Origin: Candidatus Gorgyraea atricola
Lineage (GTDB): Bacteria; Omnitrophota; Gorgyraeia; Gorgyraeales; Gorgyraeaceae
Length of the DNA: 61,711 nucleotides
Direction of reading: 5' to 3'
Assembly (NCBI GenBank): GCA_030765235.1
Contig: JAVCCW010000018.1
Location: 91,465 to 153,175 of the forward strand
The stretch's first letter is position 1. Every line of letters begins with the position of its first letter. Positions 49,734 to 60,388 of this stretch are shown piece after piece. Made by a program: the position numbers and the translations under genes. Under the pieces are notes generated by a model that was not told the origin of the DNA, made no database searches, and was given only the letters and a program-made list of their open reading frames with translations.

Positions 49734-50483
49734 TTAAACTCCTGTCAACACCATTGGGCCGCTGTCTGTCACGGCCACTGTGTGTTCAAAATGAGCTGAT
49801 AATTTCTTGTCTCTGGTAACTGCTGTCCATTTATCTGCGAGGATCTCTATCTCGCACTTTCCTTCATTGACCATTGGCTCAATTGCCAGGACCATGCCTT
49901 TCTTCAGCCTCGGTCCTGTATCTGGTTTGCCAAAATTAGGTATCTCAGGATCTTCGTGCATCTTTTTACCTATACCATGGCCTACAAAATCCCTGACTAC
50001 GGAATAGCCGCTATCTTCCACATATTTCTGAACAGCATAAGATATATCAAAGAGCCTGTTACCCTTGACTGCCTTTTCTGTACCTGCCCGCAACGATTCT
50101 TCCGTGATTCTTATTAATTTCTTTGCGGTCTCAGGTACTGAATCGCCGATCTCTATGGTAATGGCAGCATCACCAAAAAATCCGTTTTTCTCAACCCCGA
50201 CATCCACGCTTAAGATATCTCCCGAAACCAACTTCCTGTTTCCGGGAATGCCATGGACCACCTGCTCATTTATTGAAGTGCATATGTTGCCAGGAAATCC
50301 TCTATAGCCTTTAAAGGCTGACCTTGCATTGGCCACCTTTATCATCTGTTCTGCCTTTTTATCAAGTTCCTTTGTCGCTATGCCAGGCCTTGCAGCCTCT
50401 TTTATCCCCTGCAGCACATCCCTTACTATCCTCGATGCCTCTCCTATAAGAGCTATCTCAGCCTCATTTTTTATTTCTATCAT
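49734..50483 (-). CDS. map: type I methionine aminopeptidase
   Basis: It shows the MetAP metal-ligand pattern (VHGIP, DVGV, GHGIG, EPM, EHTV). Confidence 0.92.
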   Translation of the reverse strand: MIEIKNEAEIALIGEASRIVRDVLQGIKEAARPGIATKELDKKAEQMIKVANARSAFKGYRGFPGNICTSINEQVVHGIPGNRKLVSGDILSVDVGVEKNGFFGDAAITIEIGDSVPETAKKLIRITEESLRAGTEKAVKGNRLFDISYAVQKYVEDSGYSVVRDFVGHGIGKKMHEDPEIPNFGKPDTGPRLKKGMVLAIEPMVNEGKCEIEILADKWTAVTRDKKLSAHFEHTVAVTDSGPMVLTGV

Positions 50484-51120
50484 TTAAAATTCCGGAGAGT
50501 TTTTCGTAAACCACTTTTGCATCCAAATCGCCTGAAATCTCTTTGAGTATACCTTTTCCTTTATAGTAATCGATAAGATCTCTAGTCTGATTATTGAAAA
50601 CCTCAAGCCTCTTTTTTATTGTCTCTTCATTATCGTCTTTTCTCTGGTAAAGCTCGAGCGCGCACTTGTCGCAAATACCTTGTTTTTTCGGCGGCATATT
50701 TATAATATGATAATTCGCGCCGCATTTGGGACAAAGCCTTCTTCCTGTAAGTCTAAATACGACTGTCTTCAGGCTCGTCTCAAAATATACGACGAGATCT
50801 ATGGACAATTTTAATTTATCGAGCGCAGCGTCTATCTTTTTTGCCTGATATGTTGTCCTTGGAAAACCGTCTAGTATAAGATCCTTACCTACGGTATCTT
50901 TATTGATCTTCTCTAGCATCATCTCGATCACGATGTCATCAGGCACCAGGTCGCCCTTATCCATAAAGGACTTTGCCTTTTTACCCACCTCAGTGCCATT
51001 TTTTACATTTTCTCTCAGTATATCACCTGTTGAGAGATGCGAATATCCTAGTTTTTCAAAGAGCATTACTGCCTGTGTTCCCTTGCCTGCGCCTGGCGGA
51101 CCCAGCAGCACCATCCTCAT
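50464..51120 (-). CDS. adk: adenylate kinase
   Basis: It has the P-loop GPPGAGKGTQ and a zinc lid (CPKC...CDKC). Confidence 0.92.
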   Translation of the reverse strand: MRMVLLGPPGAGKGTQAVMLFEKLGYSHLSTGDILRENVKNGTEVGKKAKSFMDKGDLVPDDIVIEMMLEKINKDTVGKDLILDGFPRTTYQAKKIDAALDKLKLSIDLVVYFETSLKTVVFRLTGRRLCPKCGANYHIINMPPKKQGICDKCALELYQRKDDNEETIKKRLEVFNNQTRDLIDYYKGKGILKEISGDLDAKVVYEKLSGILNDRNKK

Positions 51121-52466
51121 TACCTGCGCCCCTTAATCCTACCCTTTTTCATGAACCCCTCGTAATGCCTCATCAGGAGCTGCGATTCTATTTGTCGCAT
51201 AGTATCGAGCATTACACCGACCACGATCAAAAGAGCCGTGCCTCCGAAAAAGCTTGCTACTAAATACGGCACCTTTAACCATGCGCCCAGCATATCAGGA
51301 AAAACAGCTATAAAGGCCAGGAATACTGCGCCCGGCAAAGTAATCCTCGTCATAATAAAATCAAAATACTCAGCGGTCTTACGGCCCGGTCTGACACCTG
51401 GCACAAATCCGCCGTACTTCTTCATGTTGTCAGCAACATCAGCAGGGTTAAATGTTATCGCAGTGTAAAAATAAGCGAAAAATATAATTAAAAGACTGTA
51501 TACGATCGTGTAGAGCCATTGCCCCCTTACAAGCGACTGTGCTATGCGCTGCAGGCCTGCGTTTGGCATAAAACCTGCTATTGTCGCAGGAAACAGTATT
51601 ATGGATTGGGCAAATATAATGGGTATAACGCCTGCCTGGTTTACTTTTAAAGGTATGTATGTACTCTGCCCGCCATAGACCTTCCTGCCTATGATCCTTT
51701 TTGCGTACTGGACCGGTATCTTGCGCTGGCCCTGCGTAATTAAAATAACTGCCACGATTACAGCTACACCAATAGCTGACATCAGGGCAATCGTAAAAAA
51801 GCTGATCTGTCTCTTCTCTGGAGAAAAAGGAGAAGCTAGAGCAAAAAGCTGATACAATGCAGATGGAAGTCTTGAAATTATACCGGCTGTGATTATCAGG
51901 GAAATCCCGTTTCCTATACCGCGCTCCTGGATCTGCTCGCCCAGCCACATAATAAAGGCCGTGCCTGTTGTAAGAGTGATCACCGTCAGAAACCTAAACC
52001 CTAATCCAGGGTTATCGACTATTGTAAGTCCCTGAAACCTTGCTGGATTTTCCAGCCACAGGCTTATGAAAAATGACTGTATGATCGCCAGCACTACTGT
52101 ACCATAACGCGTGTACTGGATTATTTTTCTCCTGCCTGCCTCACCTTCCTTTGATAATTTTTCAAGATGCGGTACTACAGTGATCAAAAGCTGCAGTATG
52201 ATCGAAGCGGATATGTACGGCATAATGCCCAGCGCAAATATCGTCAATCGCGTGAGCGCACCGCCTGAAAACATATTCATGATGCCAAAGAGCGTACCAC
52301 CCTGTGAACGCGCTACACTGTCAAAAAACTGCACAAGCGCCGCGCCATTCACGCCAGGAGTAGGTATGTAAGCGCCTATCCTGTAGACACTGAGGAGCCC
52401 GAGCGTTATGAGCAACTTTCTTCTGAGATCCGGTATCTTAAGAGAATTCGCTAATGCCTTTAACAT
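51120..52466 (-). CDS. secY: preprotein translocase subunit SecY
   Basis: This is a 448-aa polytopic membrane ORF with the SecY pattern, positioned between rplO and adk. Confidence 0.93.
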   Translation of the reverse strand: MLKALANSLKIPDLRRKLLITLGLLSVYRIGAYIPTPGVNGAALVQFFDSVARSQGGTLFGIMNMFSGGALTRLTIFALGIMPYISASIILQLLITVVPHLEKLSKEGEAGRRKIIQYTRYGTVVLAIIQSFFISLWLENPARFQGLTIVDNPGLGFRFLTVITLTTGTAFIMWLGEQIQERGIGNGISLIITAGIISRLPSALYQLFALASPFSPEKRQISFFTIALMSAIGVAVIVAVILITQGQRKIPVQYAKRIIGRKVYGGQSTYIPLKVNQAGVIPIIFAQSIILFPATIAGFMPNAGLQRIAQSLVRGQWLYTIVYSLLIIFFAYFYTAITFNPADVADNMKKYGGFVPGVRPGRKTAEYFDFIMTRITLPGAVFLAFIAVFPDMLGAWLKVPYLVASFFGGTALLIVVGVMLDTMRQIESQLLMRHYEGFMKKGRIKGRR

Positions 52467-52467
52467 T

Positions 52468-52911
52468 CTATTTAATCAGCTCGCACTTTCCGCCTGCTTC
52501 TTTGATCTTAGCAAGCGCGCTTTTCGAAAATGCGTGGGCCTTTATATTTATAGGTATGTCTATCTTACCGTTTCCCAGGACCTTTAAAAAATTTACTGAG
52601 CCCTTTATCATCTCTTTTTCTTTCAATAACTCAGGAGTAATGGACGTCTCTTTTTTTAGCGTTTCAAGAGTATCTAAATTTATAACGCAGTATCCCTTTT
52701 TAGGCCTCTTGTTAAAACCTCTTTTAGGCAGCCTTCTTATCAAAGGCATCTGGCCTCCCTCAAAACCAGGAGTAGTGCCTTTACCTGTGCGGGACATTTG
52801 ACCCTTATGTCCTCTGGTAGAAGTCTTACCATGACCTGAGCCAGGACCTCTGCCCACTATCTTTCTTCTCTTTTTCGCGCCCCTTGCAGGCCTCAAATCC
52901 TCTATCTTCAT
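52468..52911 (-). CDS. rplO: 50S ribosomal protein L15
   Basis: RVGRGPGSGHGKTSTRGHKGQ matches the uL15 pattern. Confidence 0.92.
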   Translation of the reverse strand: MKIEDLRPARGAKKRRKIVGRGPGSGHGKTSTRGHKGQMSRTGKGTTPGFEGGQMPLIRRLPKRGFNKRPKKGYCVINLDTLETLKKETSITPELLKEKEMIKGSVNFLKVLGNGKIDIPINIKAHAFSKSALAKIKEAGGKCELIK

Positions 52912-52924
52912 CTCCGCTCCTATA

Positions 52925-53455
52925 CTATTCTTCGCTTGAATCGTCTGAATCGCTGGTGTCGCGCTCGAGTCTTAGGTGTTGGAAACCGTTTATGGTCGCC
53001 TTTATGACATTAATAGGGTTCTGCGTGCCCAGCGATTTCGTAAGTATGTCTTTTATGCCTACAGCATCACAGACCGCCCGCACAGTACCCCCGGCAATAA
53101 CACCAGTACCTTCAGATGCAGGTTTTAAAAGCACCTTTCCCGCGCCAAAGCGCCCCATTATCTCATGAGGAATGGTCTTTCCTCTTAACGGAACAGTGAA
53201 AAAGTTTCTCTTTGCATTCGAGAGCGCCTTGCGTATTGCATTCACGACCTCGTTTGCCTTTCCGTATCCGCAACCAACCTTGCCTTTGCCATTTCCTACA
53301 GCTACAAGGGCAGTGAACGAAAACCTCTTACCGCCTTTTACGACCTTTGACACCCTGTTAACAGCAATAACCTTTTCTATGTACTGTTCTTCTTGCGCAG
53401 CGTCTATTTTATTTATTACCCTATCTTTTGCCTGCTTTTGCTTCTGATCCACCAA
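52925..53455 (-). CDS. rpsE: 30S ribosomal protein S5
   Basis: [30 protein letters not shown] matches uS5. Only 13 nt separate it from rplO, so there is no rpmD. Confidence 0.93.
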   Translation of the reverse strand: MVDQKQKQAKDRVINKIDAAQEEQYIEKVIAVNRVSKVVKGGKRFSFTALVAVGNGKGKVGCGYGKANEVVNAIRKALSNAKRNFFTVPLRGKTIPHEIMGRFGAGKVLLKPASEGTGVIAGGTVRAVCDAVGIKDILTKSLGTQNPINVIKATINGFQHLRLERDTSDSDDSSEE

Positions 53456-53474
53456 AACAAACCTCCGATTTTAT

Positions 53475-53858
53475 TTAAAGTTTCAATCCACCTTCTCTTG
53501 CTGCATCAGCCAGGGCCTTTATGCGGCCATGATATAAATAGCCGCCCCTGTCAAATACAACTTGTGCTATGCCTTTTTTCTTCGCCTCTTTTGATATATA
53601 GGCACCTAACTTCTTAGCTGCATCTACGTTGCCGCCCCATTTACAATCCTTCTTGAACTCCTTGTCATTCGTAGAAGCATAAAGGAGTGTCTTACCTTCA
53701 AGGTCATCTATAAACTGCACAAGCAAATTCTTGTGGCTCCTGTGAACGCACATCCTCGGCTTATCTTTTGTGCCAGAAAGTTTCGCCCTTATCCTGTAGT
53801 GCCTCTTTATCCTGCCCAGTTCTGCTTTATTTTTATATTTTTTTCTCATAATCCTCAT
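53475..53858 (-). CDS. rplR: 50S ribosomal protein L18
   Basis: RIRAKLSGTKDKPRMCVHRSHKNLLVQFIDD...FDRGGYLYHGRIKALADAAREGGL matches uL18. An alternative ATG lies at 53849. Confidence 0.9.
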   Translation of the reverse strand: MRIMRKKYKNKAELGRIKRHYRIRAKLSGTKDKPRMCVHRSHKNLLVQFIDDLEGKTLLYASTNDKEFKKDCKWGGNVDAAKKLGAYISKEAKKKGIAQVVFDRGGYLYHGRIKALADAAREGGLKL

Positions 53859-54394
53859 TATGCGACCGCCTTGCCTGCCTTTTTCCTCACGTACTCGCCT
53901 ACGTATCTTATACCTTTACCTTTATAAGGCTCTGGTTTTAAAAAATCCCTTATCTCAGCTGCTGCCTCTCCAACCTTTGCCTTATCAATGCCCTCGACAG
54001 CTATCTGGGTTTGCTTTGGTGTCTTTATGCTAATGCCTTCTGGTACTGTATATACAACAGGGTGGGAAAAACCCAGTTGAAGATTTAAGGTCTTGCCCTG
54101 TGCCTGAGCGCGATAGCCTACACCATGAAGCTCAAGATTCTTCACATATCCCTCGCTCACGCCTTTTATCATGTTGTTTATATGGGCCCTTGTCAGGCCG
54201 TGCATAGAATAAGAGATCTTATCCTCTGCCAATCTTTTTACAATAAGCTGATTCTTATCTGTGTGCACCTCTACACCCTGCGGAAAAACCCAATCCAGCT
54301 TACCCTTTGGTCCTTCTACAAGGATCTTGCCTGCATCTATCTTTATCTTAACCTTATCTGGAATCTGTATTGGTCTCTTACCTATCCTTGACAT
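53858..54394 (-). CDS. rplF: 50S ribosomal protein L6
   Basis: MSRIGKRPIQIPDKVKI... matches uL6. Confidence 0.93.
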   Translation of the reverse strand: MSRIGKRPIQIPDKVKIKIDAGKILVEGPKGKLDWVFPQGVEVHTDKNQLIVKRLAEDKISYSMHGLTRAHINNMIKGVSEGYVKNLELHGVGYRAQAQGKTLNLQLGFSHPVVYTVPEGISIKTPKQTQIAVEGIDKAKVGEAAAEIRDFLKPEPYKGKGIRYVGEYVRKKAGKAVA

Positions 54395-54400
54395 ATAATT

Positions 54401-54799
54401 TCACCAAATGTAGCACAGGACTTCGCCGCCTGTTTGCATTTCCTTTGCCTGCACGTTTGTTACAATGCCCCTGGAGGTCGACAATACTGCCACGCCTATG
54501 CCTCCCAGCACCACAGGTACCCTGTCTTTTTTTACATACCTTCTTAAGCCAGGCCTTGAAATCCTCTTCAGACCTTTTACTGCAGGGTCGCCCGTACTCA
54601 TATATTTCAAATAAACTCTCAATAAGCCCTGTTTTTTATCGTCTATAAACTTGAAATCTTTTATAAACTTCTCCCTCTTGAAGATACCAAGGATCTCCTG
54701 TGAAATCTTTGAAAACGGCACGTCCACCTTTATCTTGTGTGACGAAAATCCGTTTCTAACTATAGTTAATGTATTCGCAATCGGATCTGTCATTGACAT
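54401..54799 (-). CDS. rpsH: 30S ribosomal protein S8
   Basis: MTDPIANTLTIVRNG... matches uS8. Confidence 0.93.
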   Translation of the reverse strand: MSMTDPIANTLTIVRNGFSSHKIKVDVPFSKISQEILGIFKREKFIKDFKFIDDKKQGLLRVYLKYMSTGDPAVKGLKRISRPGLRRYVKKDRVPVVLGGIGVAVLSTSRGIVTNVQAKEMQTGGEVLCYIW

Positions 54800-54828
54800 C
54801 GTTTGTCTCCGTATCCTGTGTAATGTTA

Positions 54829-55014
54829 CTACCAGCTAGCCTTAGTGACTCCGGGTATCTCTCCGCGCGAAGCCATTTCTCTGAAACATATGCGGCATAC
54901 ATGAAACTTTCTCATATACGCGCGTCGCCTGCCGCATAACTGGCATCTATTGTACCCTCTTACTTTAAACTTAGGAGTCTTTTTTTGTTTTGCTATTAAA
55001 CATTCTTTTGCCAT
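54829..55014 (-). CDS. rpsZ: 30S ribosomal protein S14, zinc-binding type Z
   Basis: The 61-aa ORF has CQLCGR...CRIC zinc-ribbon motifs. Confidence 0.92.
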   Translation of the reverse strand: MAKECLIAKQKKTPKFKVRGYNRCQLCGRRRAYMRKFHVCRICFREMASRGEIPGVTKASW

Positions 55015-55016
55015 CT

Positions 55017-55580
55017 CTATTCCTTATCTTTGCCTTTTTTCTGTGCGAACGGCATGCCAAGAAGTTTCAATAATTCGAATGATTCTTCTTTTGAGTTCGA
55101 CTGTATATTTATTATTACATCCATGCCCTGTGTCCTTGGCATCTTATCAATATCTATTTCAGGAAATATCGCCTGCTCTTTTAACCCCAGAGAATAGCTA
55201 CCTTTTTGGTCGAACGAATTAGGGTTTACTCCTCTAAAATCCCTGATCCTCGGTAACGCCACATTCACAAACCTATCCAAAAATTCATACATCCTTGCCC
55301 CGCGCAGAGTAACCTTACAGCCGATAGGAAGGCCTTTGCGTATCTTAAAATTTGCTATCGCCTTCCTTGACCTTGTAATAGCAGGCTTCTGACCGACTAT
55401 AGTAGCCAGCTCTTTCATGGCCTGCTCAAGGATCTTTATGTCCTGACTCGCAACGCCCACGCCCATATTCAAAACGATCTTTTTAATACAAGGTGCCTGC
55501 AATGGATTCGTGTAGTTAAACTTCTTGCCAAGCTCTGGGACGATCTCTTTTTTATATCTCTCTAATAGTCTTGGTATCAT
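55017..55580 (-). CDS. rplE: 50S ribosomal protein L5
   Basis: It shows the uL5 pattern ([10 protein letters not shown]..., [12 protein letters not shown]). Confidence 0.93.
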   Translation of the reverse strand: MIPRLLERYKKEIVPELGKKFNYTNPLQAPCIKKIVLNMGVGVASQDIKILEQAMKELATIVGQKPAITRSRKAIANFKIRKGLPIGCKVTLRGARMYEFLDRFVNVALPRIRDFRGVNPNSFDQKGSYSLGLKEQAIFPEIDIDKMPRTQGMDVIINIQSNSKEESFELLKLLGMPFAQKKGKDKE

Positions 55581-55582
55581 TG

Positions 55583-55894
55583 TTATATCAGTTCCTTACA
55601 TTTTTTGCAGATCCTGACCTTTGTGCCGTCGGAAAGTATGCTGAAGCCAATGCGCGTCGGCTTATTACACTTTTGGCAAACCACCATCAGATTAGAAATA
55701 GCTATCGTGCTCTCTTTCTGTATGATGCCGCCCTGCTGATCTTCTTTGGTCCTGCGTGCATGCTTCTTTACCAGATTAAGACCCTGAACAAGCGCCCTGC
55801 CTTTATCAGGAAAAACTGCCAGCACTTTACCGGTCTTTCCGCTGTCCTTGCCTGTTATGATCTTTGCTGTATCGTTCTTCTTTATCTTTGACAT
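55583..55894 (-). CDS. rplX: 50S ribosomal protein L24
   Basis: It has the KOW motif ([21 protein letters not shown]). It matches uL24. Confidence 0.92.
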   Translation of the reverse strand: MSKIKKNDTAKIITGKDSGKTGKVLAVFPDKGRALVQGLNLVKKHARRTKEDQQGGIIQKESTIAISNLMVVCQKCNKPTRIGFSILSDGTKVRICKKCKELI

Positions 55895-55899
55895 GTCTT

Positions 55900-56268
55900 C
55901 TATATTACCTCAGGTGCCAGCGATACTATCTTCATAAAATTCTTATCTCGCAGTTCTCTTGCAACAGGTCCAAATATTCTTGTGCCGCGAGGATTCATCT
56001 GAAGATCTATGATCACAATAGCATTTGTGTCAAATCTCAGGTAAGAGCCGTCTGGCCGCCTGATAGAATTGACACTTCTGACTATAACTGCCTTAACGAC
56101 TTCACCTTCCTTGACCACGCCATCAGGATTTGCCTCTTTTACGTTGGCAGTTATAATATCTCCTACCTCAGCAGTAGCCTTACCATGTCTGCCGATAACA
56201 CCAATACACGAAGCGCGTTTCGCCCCTGTATTATCCGCTACATCTAAAATCGTCTGCATCCTAATCAT
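55900..56268 (-). CDS. rplN: 50S ribosomal protein L14
   Basis: [17 protein letters not shown]... matches uL14. Confidence 0.93.
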   Translation of the reverse strand: MIRMQTILDVADNTGAKRASCIGVIGRHGKATAEVGDIITANVKEANPDGVVKEGEVVKAVIVRSVNSIRRPDGSYLRFDTNAIVIIDLQMNPRGTRIFGPVARELRDKNFMKIVSLAPEVI

Positions 56269-56274
56269 AAACTT

Positions 56275-56529
56275 TTATACCTTTTTTACGACCTCTACGA
56301 GACGCCACCTTTTGCTCTTTGAAACTGGCTTTGTCTCCTGGATCTTTACTTTGTCTCCGGTCTTAGCCTCATTCTTCTCATCGTGCGCCATGATCTTGCC
56401 GGATTTCTTGATGATACGCCTATATATAGGGTGTATGGTCGTGCGATCCAAGCGGACAATAATACCCTTGTCCATCTTATCGCCTATCACAACCCCTACC
56501 CTTTCCTTACGATTTGCTCTCGCTTCCAT
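56275..56529 (-). CDS. rpsQ: 30S ribosomal protein S17
   Basis: It shows the uS17 pattern (GVVIGDKMDKGIIVRLDR...YRRIIKKSGKIMAHDE). Confidence 0.92.
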   Translation of the reverse strand: MEARANRKERVGVVIGDKMDKGIIVRLDRTTIHPIYRRIIKKSGKIMAHDEKNEAKTGDKVKIQETKPVSKSKRWRLVEVVKKV

Positions 56530-56531
56530 GA

Positions 56532-56726
56532 TTACCCCTTCTGCTTCTCGTTCAATACTGTTAAGATCCTGGCAACATCACGCCGCGCATCCTTGATCTT
56601 ACTCGGTTTCTCCACGCGTCCTGTTGAGCGCTGCGACAGCATTTCAAAAAGAGCCTTTTTCAATGCCACCATTTTCTCGTTCAATTCCTGTTTTGATAAA
56701 TTTCTAAGTTCTTCTGTCTTTAACAT
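56532..56726 (-). CDS. rpmC: 50S ribosomal protein L29
   Basis: The 64-aa helical ORF (LRNLSKQELNEKMVALKKALF) lies between rplP and rpsQ. Confidence 0.9.
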   Translation of the reverse strand: MLKTEELRNLSKQELNEKMVALKKALFEMLSQRSTGRVEKPSKIKDARRDVARILTVLNEKQKG

Positions 56727-56730
56727 GTCT

Positions 56731-57150
56731 TTAACCGCTTGTCTTTCTTGTCACAAACCTCGTCTTAAAAGGCAGTTTTGAGGATGCGTATCTCATTGCA
56801 TTTTTAGCAAGGTCTTCGCTGACTCCTCCGAGCTCAAAGATTATCTTGCCTCTCTTCACAGTAGCAACCCAGTACAAAGGTGCGCCTTTTCCTTTTCCCA
56901 TCCTTGTCTCTGCAGGCTTTTTGCTGACAGATTTGTCAGGAAATGCCCGTATCCACATCTTTCCAGCGCCCTGCAATGACCTCATGACTGTAACCCTGCA
57001 AGCCTCTATCTGTATATTGGTAAGCCAGTCATTCTCCAGGACCTGCAATCCGCAATCGCCAAACGCAAGCGTTGCACCGCGAGTAGCAACACCCTTTCTT
57101 CTGCCTCTCTGGTACTTTCTATATTTGACCCTCTTTGGCATTAATACCAT
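56731..57150 (-). CDS. rplP: 50S ribosomal protein L16
   Basis: [17 protein letters not shown]... matches uL16. Confidence 0.93.
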   Translation of the reverse strand: MVLMPKRVKYRKYQRGRRKGVATRGATLAFGDCGLQVLENDWLTNIQIEACRVTVMRSLQGAGKMWIRAFPDKSVSKKPAETRMGKGKGAPLYWVATVKRGKIIFELGGVSEDLAKNAMRYASSKLPFKTRFVTRKTSG

Positions 57151-57152
57151 GA

Positions 57153-57812
57153 CTAAGCCTCTACCGGTTTCTTTTCTTTTTTACCGACAATAATATCGCC
57201 TTTATATATCCAGACCTTGATGCCTATAAGACCAGCCTGTGTATGTGCTTCTGTAAATCCATAATCCACATCAGCCTTTATGGTCTGCAAAGGCACCTTG
57301 CCCACTTTATATGACTCTTTTCTTGCTATCTCAGCACCATCCAGCCTGCCGCGACATCGTATCTTTATGCCGCCTGCGCCTGCTTGAGTCGCCTGCTGCA
57401 CTGCTCTTTTCATTGCCCTTCTAAACGCTATTCTCTTCTCGAGCTGGAATGCAATGTTTTCTGCAACAAGCTGCGCTGACAGCGCCACCCGCTTTATCTC
57501 TTTTATGTCTATCTGAAGCTCTTTATTGACAACGCCCCTAAGCTCGTCTCTTAATCTATCTATCTCTGAACCTTTTCTGCCTATTATTACGCCAGGTCTG
57601 CCGCTGTGTATGATTATGCGGATCCTATTAGATGCTCTCTCTATTTCTATCTTTGCAATAGCAGCCTGCATCAAATTCTTTTTTATGTGCTTTCTTATCT
57701 TGGAATCCTCTATAAGTAAACCGCCAAAATCCTTTTTATTGGCAAACCATCTCGAGGTCCAATCTCTTATATAACCTAATCTAAAACTATACGGATGTAC
57801 TTTCTGCCCCAA
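57153..57812 (-). CDS. rpsC: 30S ribosomal protein S3
   Basis: [18 protein letters not shown]... matches uS3, with a KH domain. Confidence 0.93.
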   Translation of the reverse strand: MGQKVHPYSFRLGYIRDWTSRWFANKKDFGGLLIEDSKIRKHIKKNLMQAAIAKIEIERASNRIRIIIHSGRPGVIIGRKGSEIDRLRDELRGVVNKELQIDIKEIKRVALSAQLVAENIAFQLEKRIAFRRAMKRAVQQATQAGAGGIKIRCRGRLDGAEIARKESYKVGKVPLQTIKADVDYGFTEAHTQAGLIGIKVWIYKGDIIVGKKEKKPVEA

Positions 57813-57814
57813 AA

Positions 57815-58270
57815 TTATCTCCTTTTGCTTGTAGTAGCCTTTTGTTTTTTAACTGGTGCTTTGGCCTTCCTTGTCACTTGTCCCTTGTCACTTGTCCCTT
57901 TTTTCGCCGCAGCTTTCTCCGTCTTCGCCTCCGGCCTCACAATCTTGCTCAACTCCAGCGTAATATGCGCTGTCCTATGTTTGATCATAGTTGCCCTGCC
58001 CATTGAAGCAGCCCTGAACCTCTTTAGCATCGGCCCCTTGTCTGCCTTTATTAAAGAAATATAAAGATCTGCTGGCAATAGATGCGCCTTTTTATCCGCG
58101 CTATCAATAGCTGAGTTCAAGAGCCTCTTTATGTAAATAGTGGGTCTCTTCTCAATCACATCCAAAAGCAATGACGCCTTTACAACGCCCATACCTTTTA
58201 TAAGATTTGTGACATTGCTCGCTTTTCTTGGCGAAACCCTTAAATATCGCGCTATGACTCTAGTTACCAT
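57815..58270 (-). CDS. rplV: 50S ribosomal protein L22 with basic C-terminal extension
   Basis: The ATG at 58270 gives [17 protein letters not shown]..., matching uL22. The C-terminal tail (about 35 aa) contains a GGGACAAG-type repeat, and the longer track ORF extends into rpsS. Confidence 0.9.
   Translation of the reverse strand: MVTRVIARYLRVSPRKASNVTNLIKGMGVVKASLLLDVIEKRPTIYIKRLLNSAIDSADKKAHLLPADLYISLIKADKGPMLKRFRAASMGRATMIKHRTAHITLELSKIVRPEAKTEKAAAKKGTSDKGQVTRKAKAPVKKQKATTSKRR
57869..57900 (-). repeat. GGGACAAG-type tandem repeat (2 x cttgtcacttgtccct) in the rplV 3' extension
   Basis: The plus strand ccttgtcacttgtcccttgtcacttgtccctt encodes [13 protein letters not shown]. Confidence 0.8.
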
Positions 58271-58280
58271 GATCCTACCT

Positions 58281-58565
58281 TTAAGTCTTTGCCTGTGACT
58301 GTTCTGTGTGAGCGCTGTGCTTTTTAAATATCCTTGTTGGCGAAAACTCCCCGAGCTTATGACCAACCATATTCTCTGTTATGAAAACAGGTATAAACTT
58401 TCTGCCATTGTAGATAGAAATAGTCATCCCCACAAATTCAGGAGCTATTGTGGACCTGCGAGACCATGTCTTTAGAGGCGACCTGTCTCTCGTATCCTTC
58501 ATTTTCTGAAGGCGTTTCAACAACTTCTCGTCTATAAAAGGACCTTTTTTTAGTGATCTTCCCAT
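58281..58565 (-). CDS. rpsS: 30S ribosomal protein S19
   Basis: [16 protein letters not shown]...GHKLGEF matches uS19. Confidence 0.93.
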   Translation of the reverse strand: MGRSLKKGPFIDEKLLKRLQKMKDTRDRSPLKTWSRRSTIAPEFVGMTISIYNGRKFIPVFITENMVGHKLGEFSPTRIFKKHSAHTEQSQAKT

Positions 58566-58572
58566 TTTAACC

Positions 58573-59415
58573 TCACCCTGTGGCTATCTTGCTCTTTCTT
58601 CGTTTAACGATATATTTATCTGACAGCTTTGTCTTTCTTGTCTGCAAGCCTTTTGACTTCTGTCCCCATGGTGATGTCGGATGTCTTCCACCAGAAGATT
58701 TACCTTCTCCACCGCCCATAGGATGATCAACAGGGTTCATGACAACGCCCCTTACGCTGGGTTTACGTCCAAGCCATCGCGACCTGCCTGCCTTACCAAT
58801 AGAAATTGCATCGTGTTCAATATTGCCGATCTGACCTATAGTCGTCATGCAATCCAAATGGATCAGCCTTACCTCACCTGAAGGAAGCTTTACATGCGCG
58901 TATGGCTCTTCCTTTGCCAATATCTGAGCATAGCCTCCTGCGCTTCTAACGATCTTTGCGCCCCTACCCTTTGTCAATTCAAGATTATGCATAGGTGTAC
59001 CTGGCGGTACATTCCTTAAAGGCATTGAGTTCCCAGGTTTTATCTCGATCTCATTCTTGCTGGATATCACTGCATCGCCCACAGACAAGCCAGCAGGCCA
59101 TATTATATATCTTCTTTCTTTATCATCGTATTCCACCAGGGCGATCCTTGACGAGCGATTCGGATCATACTCGATAGATATTACCTTTGCAGGCATGTCT
59201 ACTTTATCCCTTTTGAAATCTATAATTCGATATCTTTGTTTGTGGCCGCCGCCTATCCATCTGGATGTAATACGTCCATGCGAATTGCGGCCTCCTGTTC
59301 TTTTCTTAGGCTCTGTAAGAGACTTCTCAGGCTTGTCAGTCGTGATCTCCTTGAAATCAGAAAGAGCTGTCCATCTTAGTGAGGGCGTTGTTGGCTTATA
59401 TTGTTTAATTCCCAT
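58573..59415 (-). CDS. rplB: 50S ribosomal protein L2
   Basis: [14 protein letters not shown]...[13 protein letters not shown] matches uL2. Confidence 0.93.
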   Translation of the reverse strand: MGIKQYKPTTPSLRWTALSDFKEITTDKPEKSLTEPKKRTGGRNSHGRITSRWIGGGHKQRYRIIDFKRDKVDMPAKVISIEYDPNRSSRIALVEYDDKERRYIIWPAGLSVGDAVISSKNEIEIKPGNSMPLRNVPPGTPMHNLELTKGRGAKIVRSAGGYAQILAKEEPYAHVKLPSGEVRLIHLDCMTTIGQIGNIEHDAISIGKAGRSRWLGRKPSVRGVVMNPVDHPMGGGEGKSSGGRHPTSPWGQKSKGLQTRKTKLSDKYIVKRRKSKIATG

Positions 59416-59423
59416 ATCTGCCT

Positions 59424-59708
59424 TTAAGTAGTTGCCATCTCGATACGATCGCCTGTTTTAAGCGTCACAATGGCCTTTTTCCAATCCGGGGTTTTACCGA
59501 CCTGGTACCTGAGCCTCTTCCATTTACCCCGCATCTTTACAGTATTCACTTTTAACACCTTTACATTGTAGACAAATTCCACTGCCTGTTTTATCTCTAT
59601 CTTGTTTGCGCAAGGCGCAACGCGAAAGAGATACTTATTCCCTTCAAGCATCTGGCTGCCTTTTTCCGTACGCAATATATTTTTTAAGATATCGTATGGT
59701 GTCTTCAT
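59424..59708 (-). CDS. rplW: 50S ribosomal protein L23
   Basis: It shows the uL23 pattern ([20 protein letters not shown]), and lies between rplD and rplB. Confidence 0.92.
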   Translation of the reverse strand: MKTPYDILKNILRTEKGSQMLEGNKYLFRVAPCANKIEIKQAVEFVYNVKVLKVNTVKMRGKWKRLRYQVGKTPDWKKAIVTLKTGDRIEMATT

Positions 59709-60388
59709 TTCTTTAGTCTCTTTACTATGCTATCGTGCGTTTCCTTTGAAAATAAGACCTTTGTGTTGGAAAGTATATCATGCGTATTAAAATCATCACA
59801 CAGCCTCAATGTCAGCTTCTTTATATTTCTGCATGAGCGTATCAGATTCTCGCATCTCTTTGAATACACAAAAAGGTTTTTCTTATCGGAGATCTTTAAT
59901 GCCGCCAATATCTTTGCTATGTCTTTTGTCTTGGGCTGTTTTAATTCAAGCTCTTTTTCCAGAACCACTATCTCTTTGTCTTTTGTCTTTGCGCTCAGAC
60001 TTGAGATGATAGCCAGCCTCTTCATCCTCTTTGGTATGCTGTAACTAAAGTCTCTTGGTACTGGTCCGAAAACAACGCCTCCACCTCTCCACAGAGGAGA
60101 TCTTATGGAGCCGACCCTTGCCCTGCCAGTGCCTTTTTGCCTCCATGGCTTTTTTCCGCCGCCTCTGACATTCGCCCGAGTCTTTGTCGAAGCTGTGCCC
60201 TGCCTTTTATTGGCCTGGTACATGCGGATGCTCTGATGCAAAAGACCTTTACGTACCTCGGCGTTAAATATCTCTGGATTCAGCTTAAATTTATCCAGCT
60301 TCTTGCCAGAAAGACTATACACGTCTACGACTGGTATGTCGGTTTTATTTTCAGCCTTTTTTCTTGTCTTTTTCTTTGCCTGTACCAT
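59705..60388 (-). CDS. rplD: 50S ribosomal protein L4
   Basis: It shows the uL4 pattern (GGGKKPWRQKGTGRARVGSIRSPLWRGGG). It has a basic N-terminal leader, and its start overlaps the extended rplC by 38 nt. Confidence 0.92.
   Translation of the reverse strand: MVQAKKKTRKKAENKTDIPVVDVYSLSGKKLDKFKLNPEIFNAEVRKGLLHQSIRMYQANKRQGTASTKTRANVRGGGKKPWRQKGTGRARVGSIRSPLWRGGGVVFGPVPRDFSYSIPKRMKRLAIISSLSAKTKDKEIVVLEKELELKQPKTKDIAKILAALKISDKKNLFVYSKRCENLIRSCRNIKKLTLRLCDDFNTHDILSNTKVLFSKETHDSIVKRLKK

Noticed and set aside
51448-51948. Minus-strand alternative-frame ORFs inside real genes (51448-51948 in secY, 23327-23683 in mgtC, 12462-12746, 4536-4799, 28459-28683, 41784-41972)
   Set aside because: They overlap conserved CDSs out of frame and have Cys/Arg-rich, unrecognisable translations. 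They are most likely chance ORFs.
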